Source of the DNA: an uncultured Acidobacteriota bacterium
Lineage (GTDB): Bacteria > Acidobacteriota > UBA6911
Direction: 5' to 3'
DNA: 64,000 bases
Assembly: GCA_963827655.1 (NCBI GenBank)
Contig: CAWHCF010000029.1
Location: 173,410 to 237,409 of the forward strand
The notes below the pieces were generated by a model, which saw nothing but the letters and a program-made list of their open reading frames with translations, made no database searches and was not told the origin of the DNA. Made by a program: the position numbers and the translations under genes. Of this stretch, positions 1 through 10,297 are shown in pieces; within the stretch, counting starts at the first letter, position 1, and each line of letters starts with the position of its first letter.

Positions 1-2222
1 AGCTCGTGATAATGAGTTGCGAAAAGGGTCTTTGCCTTGTGCTGCTGGTGCTGAACCAGATACTCGGCGACCGCCCAGGCAATGGACAACCCATCGAATG
101 TAGCGGTGCCGCGGCCAACTTCGTCCAGCAAAATCAAGCTGCGGTGGGTGGCGGTATTGAGTATGTTGGCGGTCTCAATCATTTCCACCATGAACGTCGA
201 ACGGCCGCGGGCGAGATTGTCGGACGCGCCCACGCGAGTGTAGATCCGGTCCACGAGCCCGAGCCGAGCCTCTTTTGCCGGCACGAAACAACCTATTTGC
301 GCCAGAATGACGATCAGCGCCGCCTGTCGCAGATACGTTGATTTGCCTCCCATATTGGGTCCGGTCAGAATGATGAGTTGGTCGGCGCCGGTATTGAGAT
401 ACAGGTCATTGGGAATGAACGGACGGCTTTCGAACTCCACCACCGGATGCCGCCCATGTTTGATGTAGATCTCGTCACTATCATTCAGCTCCGGGCGCAC
501 GTAATCGTTTTTCACGGCGACCTCAGCCAGGGCAGTGTAGGCGTCCAATTCTGCTAAAAGACGCGCGACCGAACGAATCCTTGCGCCTTCTCCGGCGACG
601 CTGCTTCGGACGCCGGCGAAAAGTTCGCGCTCCAGGACGCTAATGCGCTCTTCCGCGCCCAGGACTTTCTCCTCGTAAGCCTGGAGTTCCTCGGTGACGA
701 AACGCTCGCAATTGACCAAAGTCTGTTTTCGAATGTAGTCGGATGGTATCTGGGGAAGATTCGGTTTGGTTACTTCGATGAAGTAGCCGAATATCTGGTT
801 GAACTTGACCTTCAGTGAGTGAATTCCCGTGCGCTGCCGCTCCCTGGTTTCGAGGGCGGCGATGTAACCTTTGCCGCTCTGGCGAATGGAACGAAGTTCG
901 TCCAGCTCGGCGGAGTAACCGGACCGGATAATTCCGGGGTCGGTTGCAGAAGCCGGAGGGTTGTCGGCAACGGCGGTCTGAATCAACTCGGCGACATCGG
1001 CCAGATCGTCGAGTTCGGCCCGGATAGCAGACAACCGCGGAGCATCGAGGCCGTCCAGCGAGGCGCGGAGTGAGGGTATTTCCAGGAACGAATCGCGCAG
1101 TGCCACCAGGTCGCGCGGGTTCGCAGTTCCGACGATGACGCGACTCACCAGCCGCTCCAGGTCATGGATAAGCGACAGCTTCTGAGCGATCCGGTCATGC
1201 ACGCGAATGTCGGCAGCAAGCACCTCCACGGCATCCTGGCGCCGGCGCAGGTGGGCAAGATCTCGGAGCGGAGCCAGCACCCACGATTTCAGAAGCCGGC
1301 CACCCATGCTTGTGCGGGTATGATCGATCAGGGACAGAAGCGATCCCTTGCGATTCCCGTCCACGGTCTGAATCAACTCCAGATTGGTGATGGTTGAAGA
1401 GTCAAGCTTCAGATAGTCGCTCGATTCGTAGAACTGCAGCGCGCCGATTTGTCCCGACTGCGCCAGCTGGGTCTCCTTGATATAGTGAACCAGGGCTCCT
1501 GCCGCGCAGATGGATAGGCGGCGGTTTTCACACCCGAAGCCGGCAAGGGTGGCAACTCCAAAATGCTGCATCAGCAATCGCTGGGCATAGTCGAGATTGA
1601 AGGCCCAGCCGTCCAACGGGCTTGCCACCCACCCGGGCGGCAAGTCCTTGGATAACCTCTGGCGCAGGCCCTCGCTGGAATGGTCCGGCATGATGATCTC
1701 CCGGGGTCGAAATCGGGTCAGCTCATCGATGCCTTTTTGCCACGAGTCCTCACCGGTGAACTCCGTGGTTACAAAATCTGATGTGGAAAAGTCCATCAGG
1801 GCCAATCCGGTCCCCTCGTCATCCGCAATCAGGCTTCCCAGATAATTGTGATCCTTGGGTTCAAGCAGCATCTCCTCCACGACGGTGCCGGGAGTCAGAA
1901 TACGGGTGACCTCCCGCTGCACGAGTTTTTTTGCCGTCCGAGGGTCTTCTACCTGTTCGCAAATGGCAATCTTGAATCCTTTCTTCAGCAATCGAGCGAT
2001 GTAGCCATCTACGGAATGGAACGGGACACCGCACATCGGGATCGCGGATCCCGTCTTATCCTTGTTTCGCGCTGTCAGGGTAATCTCTAATTCGCGGGCG
2101 GCAACTATCGCGTCCTCGTAAAACATTTCATAGAAATCTCCCAGACGAAAGAAGACGAGCTTTCCGGGAAAGCGCCGCTTCACTTCGTGATACTGCTTCA
2201 TCATCGGTGTAAAATCTTCCAT
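1..2222 (-). CDS. mutS: DNA mismatch repair protein MutS (3' end runs off the window)
   Basis: Manual minus-strand translation gives N-terminal MEDFTPMMKQY...FRLGDFYEMFYEDA and the P-loop TGPNMGGKSTYLRQ near 290-365, with STFMVEM near 190. Absent from the ORF track, apparently because it has no stop in the window. Confidence 0.96.
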   Translation of the reverse strand, partial: MEDFTPMMKQYHEVKRRFPGKLVFFRLGDFYEMFYEDAIVAARELEITLTARNKDKTGSAIPMCGVPFHSVDGYIARLLKKGFKIAICEQVEDPRTAKKLVQREVTRILTPGTVVEEMLLEPKDHNYLGSLIADDEGTGLALMDFSTSDFVTTEFTGEDSWQKGIDELTRFRPREIIMPDHSSEGLRQRLSKDLPPGWVASPLDGWAFNLDYAQRLLMQHFGVATLAGFGCENRRLSICAAGALVHYIKETQLAQSGQIGALQFYESSDYLKLDSSTITNLELIQTVDGNRKGSLLSLIDHTRTSMGGRLLKSWVLAPLRDLAHLRRRQDAVEVLAADIRVHDRIAQKLSLIHDLERLVSRVIVGTANPRDLVALRDSFLEIPSLRASLDGLDAPRLSAIRAELDDLADVAELIQTAVADNPPASATDPGIIRSGYSAELDELRSIRQSGKGYIAALETRERQRTGIHSLKVKFNQIFGYFIEVTKPNLPQIPSDYIRKQTLVNCERFVTEELQAYEEKVLGAEERISVLERELFAGVRSSVAGEGARIRSVARLLAELDAYTALAEVAVKNDYVRPELNDSDEIYIKHGRHPVVEFESRPFIPNDLYLNTGADQLIILTGPNMGGKSTYLRQAALIVILAQIGCFVPAKEARLGLVDRIYTRVGASDNLARGRSTFMVEMIETANILNTATHRSLILLDEVGRGTATFDGLSIAWAVAEYLVQHQQHKAKTLFATHYHE

Positions 2223-2230
2223 CCGGGAAT

Positions 2231-2298
2231 CCTTCGAACCCTCTGTGTCTTCACGGTGGCTCTGGTTCAGCCTTCACCGCGAAGTTGCGAGGACGCCG
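2231..2298. repeat. 9-nt-period repeat family, degenerate inverted pair
   Basis: gtgtcttcacggtg ... caccgcgaag. Confidence 0.55.
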
Positions 2299-2391
2299 TA
2301 TTAATACCAGAAATGAAGCGCTGAACTGAACCTAATGTGGGAGAGCGCTGCCTGGCCTGTCCCCAAGGATGACTGGAAATGGCTCAAATCC

Positions 2392-2421
2392 TTGCACTTA
2401 CTAAGTTACGCAGTATATAAT
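2392..2421 (+). promoter_or_regulatory. sigma70-like promoter for tsaB-rimI
   Basis: TTGCAC-18 nt-TATAAT. Confidence 0.55.
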
Positions 2422-2533
2422 CCGCTCTCAGCATTGTCAATGAGGACACCCCGGGACCTACTGCAGCAAGCATCAGTCTCGGCTGGGAATTTCTCTTTCT
2501 CTGTTGCGCGGATATTCGAGCGGAACTGATGCC

Positions 2534-3232
2534 ATGGGGAAAGCAGTCTTGAAAATACTCGCGCTGGACACTTCAACGACGCGCGGGAGCGTAGCCCTTC
2601 TTGCCGGTGAAGAGGTAATTGCAGATTTGCGTTTGCTGTCAAAGGATCAGCATTCCGAGCGGCTGTTGGGTTCCATCGATTTCCTGCTGAGGAACAGCGG
2701 TTGGACTCTCCCACAGTTGAACCTCATCGCCGTAGGTATTGGCCCCGGTTCATTCACGGGGATCAGGATCGGAGTTTCGACCGCGCTTGGCCTGGCCCAA
2801 TCGCTTTCCTGTCCGCTTGCCTGCGTCTCGCGGTTGGATGCGCTGGCTCAAGAAATGGGTTTCCTCAACGGCAGAATTGGCATTGTGATGGATGCTCAGC
2901 GCTTGCAGGTGTATTACGCTGAATACAGAGCCGGGCAGGGGCGGGTCCACAGAGTGCGCCGGCCCGCGCTCTGGTTTCCTCGGGATCTTGAACCGGCGCT
3001 CGGCCGCAAGCAGGTGTATGTTGCCGGCGATGGCGCGGTTCGATACGCCAGAGAGCTCAGAATCTCCGCGACCGGCCGCCGGCGTCTGGTCGTCATGGAT
3101 CTTTTCCTTGCAGCAGCGATCGCGCGACTGGCGCTCACTCGCAGGCGAAGCTGGCGTTCCGGAGATTTCCTTAAGGCAGAACCACTTTATATTCGCCCTC
3201 CGGACGCCCTCAGAAGCAGGAAGCGGCGGTAA
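2534..3232 (+). CDS. tsaB: tRNA t6A biosynthesis protein TsaB
   Basis: KILALDTST, HSERLL, GIGPGSFTGIRIG and a C-terminal EPLYIR. Confidence 0.93.
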   Translation: MGKAVLKILALDTSTTRGSVALLAGEEVIADLRLLSKDQHSERLLGSIDFLLRNSGWTLPQLNLIAVGIGPGSFTGIRIGVSTALGLAQSLSCPLACVSRLDALAQEMGFLNGRIGIVMDAQRLQVYYAEYRAGQGRVHRVRRPALWFPRDLEPALGRKQVYVAGDGAVRYARELRISATGRRRLVVMDLFLAAAIARLALTRRRSWRSGDFLKAEPLYIRPPDALRSRKRR

Positions 3233-3233
3233 C

Positions 3234-3695
3234 ATGAATTTGACTTCTTATTTGTCCCTGTTGACGGTCGAGGACATTCCGTCACTGCAACAGTTGGAAG
3301 AAGAGACTCACCTTTCATTCTGGGGCAGAGAGAACTACCGCAAGTTCCTCGAGGAATTTCCGGAATATTTCGGATGTAAGGTGATGGTGTGGCATGAGGA
3401 AGAGCACCGGCTGGCCGGTTTCCTTCTGGCCCGTTCTCTTTTCGAGAATCTGGAGGTCCTGAAGGTTGGCGTCTCGCCCGAGTTCCATCGCAAGGGATTG
3501 GGAACCGCGCTGATGGAGGCCGCCTACGCGGAAGGAATCAAGCGAGGGTGCCGCCGCTGTTTCCTCGAGGTCAGAAAGTCGAATCGCCCTGCAATTGAGT
3601 TTTACTATCGCCACAGGTTCAGGATCGCGGGGTCGCGGCTTAACTACTACTCTGACCCGGTCGAAGACGCCTGGATCATGGAACGCAAGCTATGA
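3234..3695 (+). CDS. rimI: ribosomal protein N-acetyltransferase RimI (GNAT)
   Basis: V..EFHRKGLG, FLEVRKSN.PAI.FY and YYSDPVEDAWIM; directly follows tsaB. Confidence 0.9.
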   Translation: MNLTSYLSLLTVEDIPSLQQLEEETHLSFWGRENYRKFLEEFPEYFGCKVMVWHEEEHRLAGFLLARSLFENLEVLKVGVSPEFHRKGLGTALMEAAYAEGIKRGCRRCFLEVRKSNRPAIEFYYRHRFRIAGSRLNYYSDPVEDAWIMERKL

Positions 3696-3703
3696 GGGAC
3701 AAT

Positions 3704-3742
3704 CCTTGCGTTTCTTCGCGTCTCGGTGTCTTCGTGGTGAGG
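3704..3742. repeat. 9-nt-period repeat family, single arm
   Basis: tttcttcgcgtctcggtgtcttcgtggtga between convergent genes. Confidence 0.75.
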
Positions 3743-3748
3743 CGATAC

Positions 3749-4540
3749 TCAAAACAGCCCTTTAACCAAACCCCCGTCTACCTGGATGGTCGTCCCGGTG
3801 ATGTAACTGGCGCGATCGGATGCGAGGAACGTGACCAGGGCGGCCAGCTCTTCCGGCTCGGCCAGTCTACCTAGTGGAACCAGCCTCTCCCAGCCCTTGA
3901 GCACTTCGGCAGCGGGTGTGCCGGAGCGTTGAGCCTGAGATTCGGCAACCTGAAGAAGACGGTCGGTCTTCGTGTATCCGGGACAGACGGTATTGACCAG
4001 GATGTTGAAGGGTCCCAGCTCATTGGCCAAGGATTTGGCCAACCCGGCCACTCCCGCCCGCACAGCATTGGAAAGTATGAGACCGTCGATGGGCTGTTTG
4101 ACCGCCACCGACGTGACATTGATGATGCGCCCCCAGCGTTGCTGCTTCATCAAGGGAATGACCAGGCGGCAGAGCTGGACCGCGCTCAGAAAATTGAGCT
4201 CGAGGGCGTTCCTCCACGACGCGGGAGTATGTGCCTCAAAAGGACCGGCCGGGGGGCCCCCGGCATTATTGACCAGGATGTGAACCGTGTTCCACTCCTC
4301 ACACACGGTTTTCACCAGCCGCTCGGCGTCGCTTTCGCTGCTGACATCAGCTTCGACAGGAAGGATGGGACTGCCGATCCTTGAGTGAATATCGGCCGCG
4401 GCCGCCTCGAGCGGCGCCTTGGTCCTGGCGCACATCGCAACCTTCGCCCCTTCGCGGGCCAGGCTTTCGGCGATGGCTCGCCCAAGTCCCTTGCTGCTGC
4501 CGCAGACCAGGGCGACCCTGCCGTTGATTCCGAGGTCCAT
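3749..4540 (-). CDS. SDR family oxidoreductase (FabG-like)
   Basis: GSSKGLG, NNAGGP and ASYITG motifs. Confidence 0.9.
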   Translation of the reverse strand: MDLGINGRVALVCGSSKGLGRAIAESLAREGAKVAMCARTKAPLEAAAADIHSRIGSPILPVEADVSSESDAERLVKTVCEEWNTVHILVNNAGGPPAGPFEAHTPASWRNALELNFLSAVQLCRLVIPLMKQQRWGRIINVTSVAVKQPIDGLILSNAVRAGVAGLAKSLANELGPFNILVNTVCPGYTKTDRLLQVAESQAQRSGTPAAEVLKGWERLVPLGRLAEPEELAALVTFLASDRASYITGTTIQVDGGLVKGLF

Positions 4541-4552
4541 ATGCCGCCCGGC

Positions 4553-4903
4553 TCAACGTTTGTGGAAATAAGTGTCGGTATGGTCGAGCCAGTCCTGACG
4601 AATAGGACTGAAAATATCGATATCCAGCGTGTCCTCGAGCGCCAGGGCCTTGTGCGGCACGTTCGGCGGAATTACTAAGACCTGACCCGCCTTAAGGACC
4701 AACTCCTCGCCTCCCACCCAAAACTTCAGAGCTCCCTCGACGATGTAACTGATCTGCTCGCTGACATGAGAGTGTTCGGGCACCAGGGCATCCTTCTTGA
4801 GATAGACCTGGGCTATCATTTCGTTTGCGCCGGTAATGATTCTTCGTGAGATGTCGTGGGTAACTCCCTCCCACGCCATGTCGCTCCACGAGTGGATCTG
4901 CAT
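4553..4903 (-). CDS. cupin domain protein
   Basis: HSH..EQ and IPPNVPH cupin motifs. Confidence 0.88.
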   Translation of the reverse strand: MQIHSWSDMAWEGVTHDISRRIITGANEMIAQVYLKKDALVPEHSHVSEQISYIVEGALKFWVGGEELVLKAGQVLVIPPNVPHKALALEDTLDIDIFSPIRQDWLDHTDTYFHKR

Positions 4904-4909
4904 ATTTCC

Positions 4910-4940
4910 CTCCTGGTCCTGTTGGCGTCTTAGCGATGAA
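4910..4940. repeat. 9-nt-period repeat family, degenerate arm
   Basis: gttggcgtcttagcgatgaa. Confidence 0.4.
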
Positions 4941-5083
4941 TTTCGTTATCAGGTCCGCCCAGGATAGCAGAGGTGCCCTCCTTGAGTCGCATTTTTATTA
5001 ATGGTAGTATCCGTCGATTAATCGCACTCATTGACGAGTATGGCTGGAAGAACTCGAATTTGAGAAAGGAGCCAAGCTGGCCC

Positions 5084-5446
5084 ATGAAAAACCGCACCGT
5101 TGAGCCGAATACCCCCACCACGAGCACGCCCGAGCCTCAAACGGGCTGGCCGTCTTACACGATGGTGGAGGAGCGGATGAGGAAGATCTACTTCGAGTTC
5201 TACCAGGCGACGTACAAGCCGACCAAGATTGATAGAAAGACCAAAGAACTCATAGCCATCGCCGCTTCACTCGGATTCCGATGCCAGGGATGCCTCAACG
5301 GCCACATCAAGAAAGCCAAGAAGTTTGGCGCCTCTCCTGAAGAGATCAGCGAAACAATCGCCATCGCGATGGGGGTAGCGGCTGCCTCGGTCGTGGACCT
5401 CACGGATGTCGCAGCCGAGCGATTGCAGATAAAGCACTTCGAATAG
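5084..5446 (+). CDS. carboxymuconolactone decarboxylase / AhpD-like protein
   Basis: KTKELIAIA...CQGC..GH and GASPEEI; AAGGAG upstream of the ATG at 5084. Confidence 0.85.
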   Translation: MKNRTVEPNTPTTSTPEPQTGWPSYTMVEERMRKIYFEFYQATYKPTKIDRKTKELIAIAASLGFRCQGCLNGHIKKAKKFGASPEEISETIAIAMGVAAASVVDLTDVAAERLQIKHFE

Positions 5447-5454
5447 TCCCGCCC

Positions 5455-6645
5455 ATGGCCCGTCTCTCCGGTGAAGGATTGCGTGTGGTTGTCTGCCTTT
5501 TTTTGGTTCTGTTCGTTGGGGTAGCCGACAACCAGGTCGTAAGCCCTCTGCTCCCCGCGATTCGGACGCAGCTGGGAAAGTCTACTCAGGAAGCCAGCAT
5601 CTTGTTTACCGGGTATTCGCTTTCAGCCGGGTTGTCGGTTCTGATCTGGGGACCATTGTCTGACTTGTTTGGCTGCAAACGGGGTTTGCTGACCGGTCTG
5701 GCGGTCTTTGTTTTCGGTTCGTCGATTTCATTCCTTTCGTTCGGTTATTTTTCGCTCTTGACCGGGCGCGTCGTAACGGGGATGGGGGCCAGCATGCTAA
5801 GCCTCAATACCATCTCCTACGCGGCCGATTATTTTCCCTACGCCAGGCGCGGCCTGGCCATGAGCTCGATATTCTCCTCTTACTTCGCCGCACTCATCCT
5901 GGGAGTCCCGCTTTTATCGCTTCTCGGGGATGCTCTGGGGTGGAGCGCCGTCTTCGGGATTACCGGCGCCCTCGCGCTCTTGCTGCTTGCATCAACCTAC
6001 TGGTTGTTGCCGGCGGTGACAGGGCAGCCGCGTTCGACGGTTTCCGACCTCTTCCTGTTTCGGCAGCTCTCGACCTATTTCCAGTTTTTGAAGACGCGAA
6101 GCACTCTCGGCGCCCTGCTGAGCTCTTTTTTTGCTTCGGCTGGAATGATGGGGTTTCTGGCCTTTGTGGGCGTGTGGCTTCACGATAGCTTCGGGATAAC
6201 CGGGAAACAGGTCGGGCTGATCTTCCTCGCCTCGGGCACCGCGGCTCTGCTGGCCTCCCCCTGGGCCGGAGCTTTATCGGACCGGATCGGGAAACGCTTT
6301 CAGTTCGTGATCAGCAGTCTCGCGCTCGCGGTCCTGCTGGTATGCCTCCCCCAGCTCAGGTGGGGGATTCCCCTCTTTCTAGTCTTCGCGGCCGTGAGCC
6401 TGGCGGCGGCGTTTCGCCAGGGTCCAATGGAGGCGCTCACCACCGAAGTAGTTCCGGCCGGCCTGCGCGGGTCGTTCATTGCCCTGAAGAATTCGTTCTC
6501 TCAACTCGGAATTGGCGCCGCGGCACTCGCGTCGGGTATCCTGTTCGAGGTTGGGGGGTACGCAGCCGTCTGTCTTTTTTGCGCCGTACTCAGCCTCGCC
6601 GCGGCCGGCAGCATGTTCCTGCTGGTGCGCCAGGCGAATCTCTAG
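5455..6645 (+). CDS. MFS transporter
   Basis: about 12 hydrophobic segments; GPLSDLFG and GALSDRIGKR motif A. Confidence 0.9.
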   Translation: MARLSGEGLRVVVCLFLVLFVGVADNQVVSPLLPAIRTQLGKSTQEASILFTGYSLSAGLSVLIWGPLSDLFGCKRGLLTGLAVFVFGSSISFLSFGYFSLLTGRVVTGMGASMLSLNTISYAADYFPYARRGLAMSSIFSSYFAALILGVPLLSLLGDALGWSAVFGITGALALLLLASTYWLLPAVTGQPRSTVSDLFLFRQLSTYFQFLKTRSTLGALLSSFFASAGMMGFLAFVGVWLHDSFGITGKQVGLIFLASGTAALLASPWAGALSDRIGKRFQFVISSLALAVLLVCLPQLRWGIPLFLVFAAVSLAAAFRQGPMEALTTEVVPAGLRGSFIALKNSFSQLGIGAAALASGILFEVGGYAAVCLFCAVLSLAAAGSMFLLVRQANL

Positions 6646-6818
6646 CGGTGCTCTGGTTCCCTGGTCTCTGTCTGGCAGCGCAGGTCGGCGGGGTGATCGG
6701 GAATAGCCGGGTGGCCTGGCGGAAAAATATTTGGCAGCAAATTTTGGATTTAGCTAAAATATAAGGTTTAGACCAGCTTGACGAGTTTCCAATTCGTACA
6801 ATTTCGAGGAGGATTTCC

Positions 6819-7961
6819 TTGCAGACCGCAAAGTATAGCCTTCCAATCCTTTGCCTGGCTCTGACTCTCATTCAGTGTGGCGGGCACGATCCGGATGCCC
6901 CCGACGCGATGGCCGACATGCAGAAGAACAAATTCGTGCGCATCGCCACTGATGCAGTGAATTTGCCGTTTTCGTTTGGCTCCGGGACTGGAGTCCAGGG
7001 ATTCGACGTCGATATCGGAGCCGAAATCGGCAAAGGCGTCGGCTACGAGGTGAAATGGATCAAAATGCCTTTTGAGCGGCTGTTTGAGCTTCTGAAAAAG
7101 GGGGAAGTCGAGCTGGTCATCTCGGCGATTTCAATCACCCCGGAAAGAAAAAAGGATCTCGCGTTCTCGGAGCCCTACTTTGAGAGCGGCAATACGATCG
7201 CGCACCGCCGGGACAACAAGACGATTAAAGACCTGGCCAGCCTTGCGGGGAAGAAAGTCGGAGTTCAATCGAGCTCGACCGGTCAGAGATTCCTGGAGTC
7301 TCAGAAGACTGCCGCCAATGTGACGATCACAAAGTTTCCCACGCTGGATGACGCCCTCGGCGCACTCAATCGGACTGAGATTGACGCCGTCGTCGGCGAC
7401 GAGCCCATCCTCACCTATAGCATTTACAAGAGCTTCCCGAATCTAATGACCGGCGGGCTCCGGGTTACTGAGGAAGAGTATGGCGTGGTTACCCGCAAGA
7501 ACGAAAAAGAGCTTCTGGCGAAGGTGAACGAGACGATTGCGCGTCTCAAGAAGTCCGGTGAGTTGGTCGAGCTGCGTAAGAAGTGGTTCCAGGACGTGAT
7601 GGAGCGAACCAGCACCGAGCGTCAGGAGATGCGAAAGGACGAACAACTGAGAGAAGCGCCCAAAGCCGTGTCATTCAACATCGTCAAAACCGGTGGGGGC
7701 TACAATCTCGATCGGCTGGATGGGTTCGAAGTAAACCTGGTGGGATCGAATGGATCGTTCAAGTCCTCGCCCATAACCACGGCGGGGAACCGGGGCAGCT
7801 GTCGATTCAGCGCTCCGATACCTCCCGGTGAATACCGCCTGAATATGCCTGCCTTGAAAATCAACACGACGATTAATATTCCCAAGACGGCTTCTCGCTC
7901 TGTGACGATTGACATGCGGATCACGCCGAGCGGGATTGACTTCGTTCCGAGGACTTCGTGA
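6819..7961 (+). CDS. polar amino acid ABC substrate-binding lipoprotein (family 3) with C-terminal extension
   Basis: lipobox-like LIQC, GFDVDI and ITPERKK..AFSEPYF; about 100 extra C-terminal residues. Confidence 0.85.
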   Translation: MQTAKYSLPILCLALTLIQCGGHDPDAPDAMADMQKNKFVRIATDAVNLPFSFGSGTGVQGFDVDIGAEIGKGVGYEVKWIKMPFERLFELLKKGEVELVISAISITPERKKDLAFSEPYFESGNTIAHRRDNKTIKDLASLAGKKVGVQSSSTGQRFLESQKTAANVTITKFPTLDDALGALNRTEIDAVVGDEPILTYSIYKSFPNLMTGGLRVTEEEYGVVTRKNEKELLAKVNETIARLKKSGELVELRKKWFQDVMERTSTERQEMRKDEQLREAPKAVSFNIVKTGGGYNLDRLDGFEVNLVGSNGSFKSSPITTAGNRGSCRFSAPIPPGEYRLNMPALKINTTINIPKTASRSVTIDMRITPSGIDFVPRTS

Positions 7962-7986
7962 TTCAGGCATCGATGCGCGAACGAGG

Positions 7987-9159
7987 ATGAAAGCACATTC
8001 GTTTCGAACCATTTTCATGACCGCCCTTATGTCGGCGGTCGTTACCCTGCTGCTGCTTCGTTGGGACTTGATCCCCGGGTTCGACGGCCGCGGGCGGCCC
8101 GCAGGGACCCGCGTGGAGGGAGCGTCGCCGCCTGCCGGCCAGCCCCCGCTGAGTCCTGACGAAGATACGAACATCCGCGTGTACAACAAAGTCAGCGCCG
8201 GGGTGGTCAACATAACCTCGATCGTCGTGGAATTCGATTTCTTTCTTTCCCCCGTGGCGAAGCCGGGAACCGGAAGCGGAGCGGTGCTGGACCGCGACGG
8301 CAACATCGTCACCAACTACCATGTCATCGCTTCGGCGAGAGAACTGGAAGTGGCTTTGCCCGATCAGACCAAGTACCGCGCCGCGGTGGTCGGGGCGGAC
8401 CCGCCTAACGACATCGCGGTGATCAAGATCAACGCGAAGCCTGAGCGCCTTCACCCTGTGCCGCTGGGTGAATCCGCAGGTCTCAAAGTGGGGCAGAAAG
8501 TGCTGGCGATCGGCAATCCGTTCCGGCTTCAGAACACACTCACCACCGGAATCATCAGCTCGCTGGGACGGACGATACAGACCGACAGCGGCGATCGGAT
8601 TGAGAATATCATTCAGACCGATGCCGCGATCAATCCTGGCAATTCCGGCGGTCCCCTTCTGAATACTGCCGGAGAGATGATCGGTATAAACACGCGTATC
8701 TATAGTACCAGTGGCGGGAGCCTCGGGATCGGATTTGCGGTGCCGGTCAACACGGTTCGGCGTGTCACGGACGATCTAATCAAGCACGGTCGTGTGCTGC
8801 GCCCGTCGCTCGGGGTCGAGGGCTACACGATCACTGAATTTCTCCGCACCGGGCTCGACCTTCCGGTTGACCGTGGAGTCCTGGTGGCGCGGGTACATCC
8901 CGGGAGCGCAGCCGAGAGCTCTGACATCAAAGGGGCCTCGGAGGTTGCCGTCCTTTACAACGAGCGGGTTCTTGTGGGTGGAGATATCATTACGCACGTC
9001 GACGGAAAGGCAATCTCATCGAGTGGAGACTTGCGGCTCGCGCTGGAAGGAAAAAGGCCGGGGGACACGGTGCAGATCACCATTTATCGCGGCCGCTCGA
9101 AACTTGAGAAGTCAGTGCTCCTCACGGAACTTCCTCGGCAGCGCGGCTTTCGTTTCTAG
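7987..9159 (+). CDS. HtrA/DegP-family serine protease with PDZ domain
   Basis: TNYHVI, IQTDAAINPGNSGGPL and a C-terminal PDZ (GDIITHVDG). Confidence 0.93.
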   Translation: MKAHSFRTIFMTALMSAVVTLLLLRWDLIPGFDGRGRPAGTRVEGASPPAGQPPLSPDEDTNIRVYNKVSAGVVNITSIVVEFDFFLSPVAKPGTGSGAVLDRDGNIVTNYHVIASARELEVALPDQTKYRAAVVGADPPNDIAVIKINAKPERLHPVPLGESAGLKVGQKVLAIGNPFRLQNTLTTGIISSLGRTIQTDSGDRIENIIQTDAAINPGNSGGPLLNTAGEMIGINTRIYSTSGGSLGIGFAVPVNTVRRVTDDLIKHGRVLRPSLGVEGYTITEFLRTGLDLPVDRGVLVARVHPGSAAESSDIKGASEVAVLYNERVLVGGDIITHVDGKAISSSGDLRLALEGKRPGDTVQITIYRGRSKLEKSVLLTELPRQRGFRF

Positions 9160-9173
9160 TCCAACCTTCGGAT

Positions 9174-9212
9174 CTCTTAGTGTTTCTTCGCGTCTTCGAG
9201 TCTTAGCGGTTG
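9174..9212. repeat. 9-nt-period repeat family, single arm
   Basis: gtgtttcttcgcgtcttcgagtcttagcggtt. Confidence 0.75.
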
Positions 9213-10295
9213 CTTTTGTTGGATTTCGTCGAATTGCCCAGCGCAGCTTGTTTAGTCGTAACGCTCTTGTTCGGGACGTTCCTTGGGACGTCCGCCGGAC
9301 GCAGTCCCGACGAAGCGAGCGAGGTTGCCAAGCTCGCCGAGGGAGTCTACGCCCGCATTGTCCGTCCCGACGGTCCTGCCGTGAGCAACGCGGGATTCAT
9401 CGTTCTGGAAAACGAAGTTCTGGTCTACGACACGCACGCGACTCCGGAGGCAGGCCAGGCGTTGCTCTCGGCGATTGCCACGGTTACTGCAAAACCGGTC
9501 CGCTACATAGTCAACAGTCACTTCCATCCTGATCACACCCATGGCAATCAGGTATTCGGCGGCTCAGTTCTGATCCTGGGCAGCACGAACGCGCGCCGCG
9601 ACATACTGCAAAAAGACGTCCCGGCGATGAACCGCAGTCTTAACATCGCGCAAACTCAGCTCGCGAGAATGCGCAGGGAACTGCTTAAAGAGCGAGACCG
9701 CGACCTGCAAACTTCGTTACGCAACCAGATCCGGCAACGGCAGGAGTTTGTGGACCGCATCTCGAAGATCAGGGTCATTCCCCCGATCCTGACTCTCGAT
9801 GACAGGCTGACTCTTAAGGACGCCGCCCGGGAGATCCAGGTGTTCCACGTGGGCACCGGACACACGGAGGGCGATCTGATTCTGTTTTTACCCAGGGAGA
9901 GGATTGCGTTTCTCGGCGATCTCTTCTTTAATCGGGCTTTGCCCAATGCGCAGGATTCTTTCCTGCTCCCTTGGATGGCGACGCTGGGCGCCATTTTGAA
10001 ACTTGAAGCAGATGTCTTCGTGCCGGGTCACGGTCCCGTAGGGAACCGGGATCAGTTGAAGCAATTTCTCGAATACCTCGAGGATTTGAAAGCATCGATC
10101 GAGCCCAGGGTAAGCCGGGGGGACAGCATGGAACAGGTGCTTCAAGATTTACAGGTTCCAGCGAAATATGCTTCTTTCGATTTCCAGAATTTCTTTCCGG
10201 CCAACGTCCAGAGAATGTACGTCGAACTGAAGGGTCTGCGAGCGTCACAGACTCCGGGCTCAATTCCCAAAGCCGTTAAGAAGGCTCCTGACTAA
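9210..10295 (+). CDS. MBL-fold metallo-hydrolase (cyclase-like), probably exported; start uncertain
   Basis: SHFHPDHTHGN, GHTEGD, GDLFF and VPGHG. Confidence 0.85.
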   Translation: MLLLDFVELPSAACLVVTLLFGTFLGTSAGRSPDEASEVAKLAEGVYARIVRPDGPAVSNAGFIVLENEVLVYDTHATPEAGQALLSAIATVTAKPVRYIVNSHFHPDHTHGNQVFGGSVLILGSTNARRDILQKDVPAMNRSLNIAQTQLARMRRELLKERDRDLQTSLRNQIRQRQEFVDRISKIRVIPPILTLDDRLTLKDAAREIQVFHVGTGHTEGDLILFLPRERIAFLGDLFFNRALPNAQDSFLLPWMATLGAILKLEADVFVPGHGPVGNRDQLKQFLEYLEDLKASIEPRVSRGDSMEQVLQDLQVPAKYASFDFQNFFPANVQRMYVELKGLRASQTPGSIPKAVKKAPD

Positions 10296-10297
10296 CC

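Noticed and set aside
6650-6680. Possible additional 9-mer arms here and at about 22013-22050
   Set aside because: Too degenerate to assign to the family by eye.
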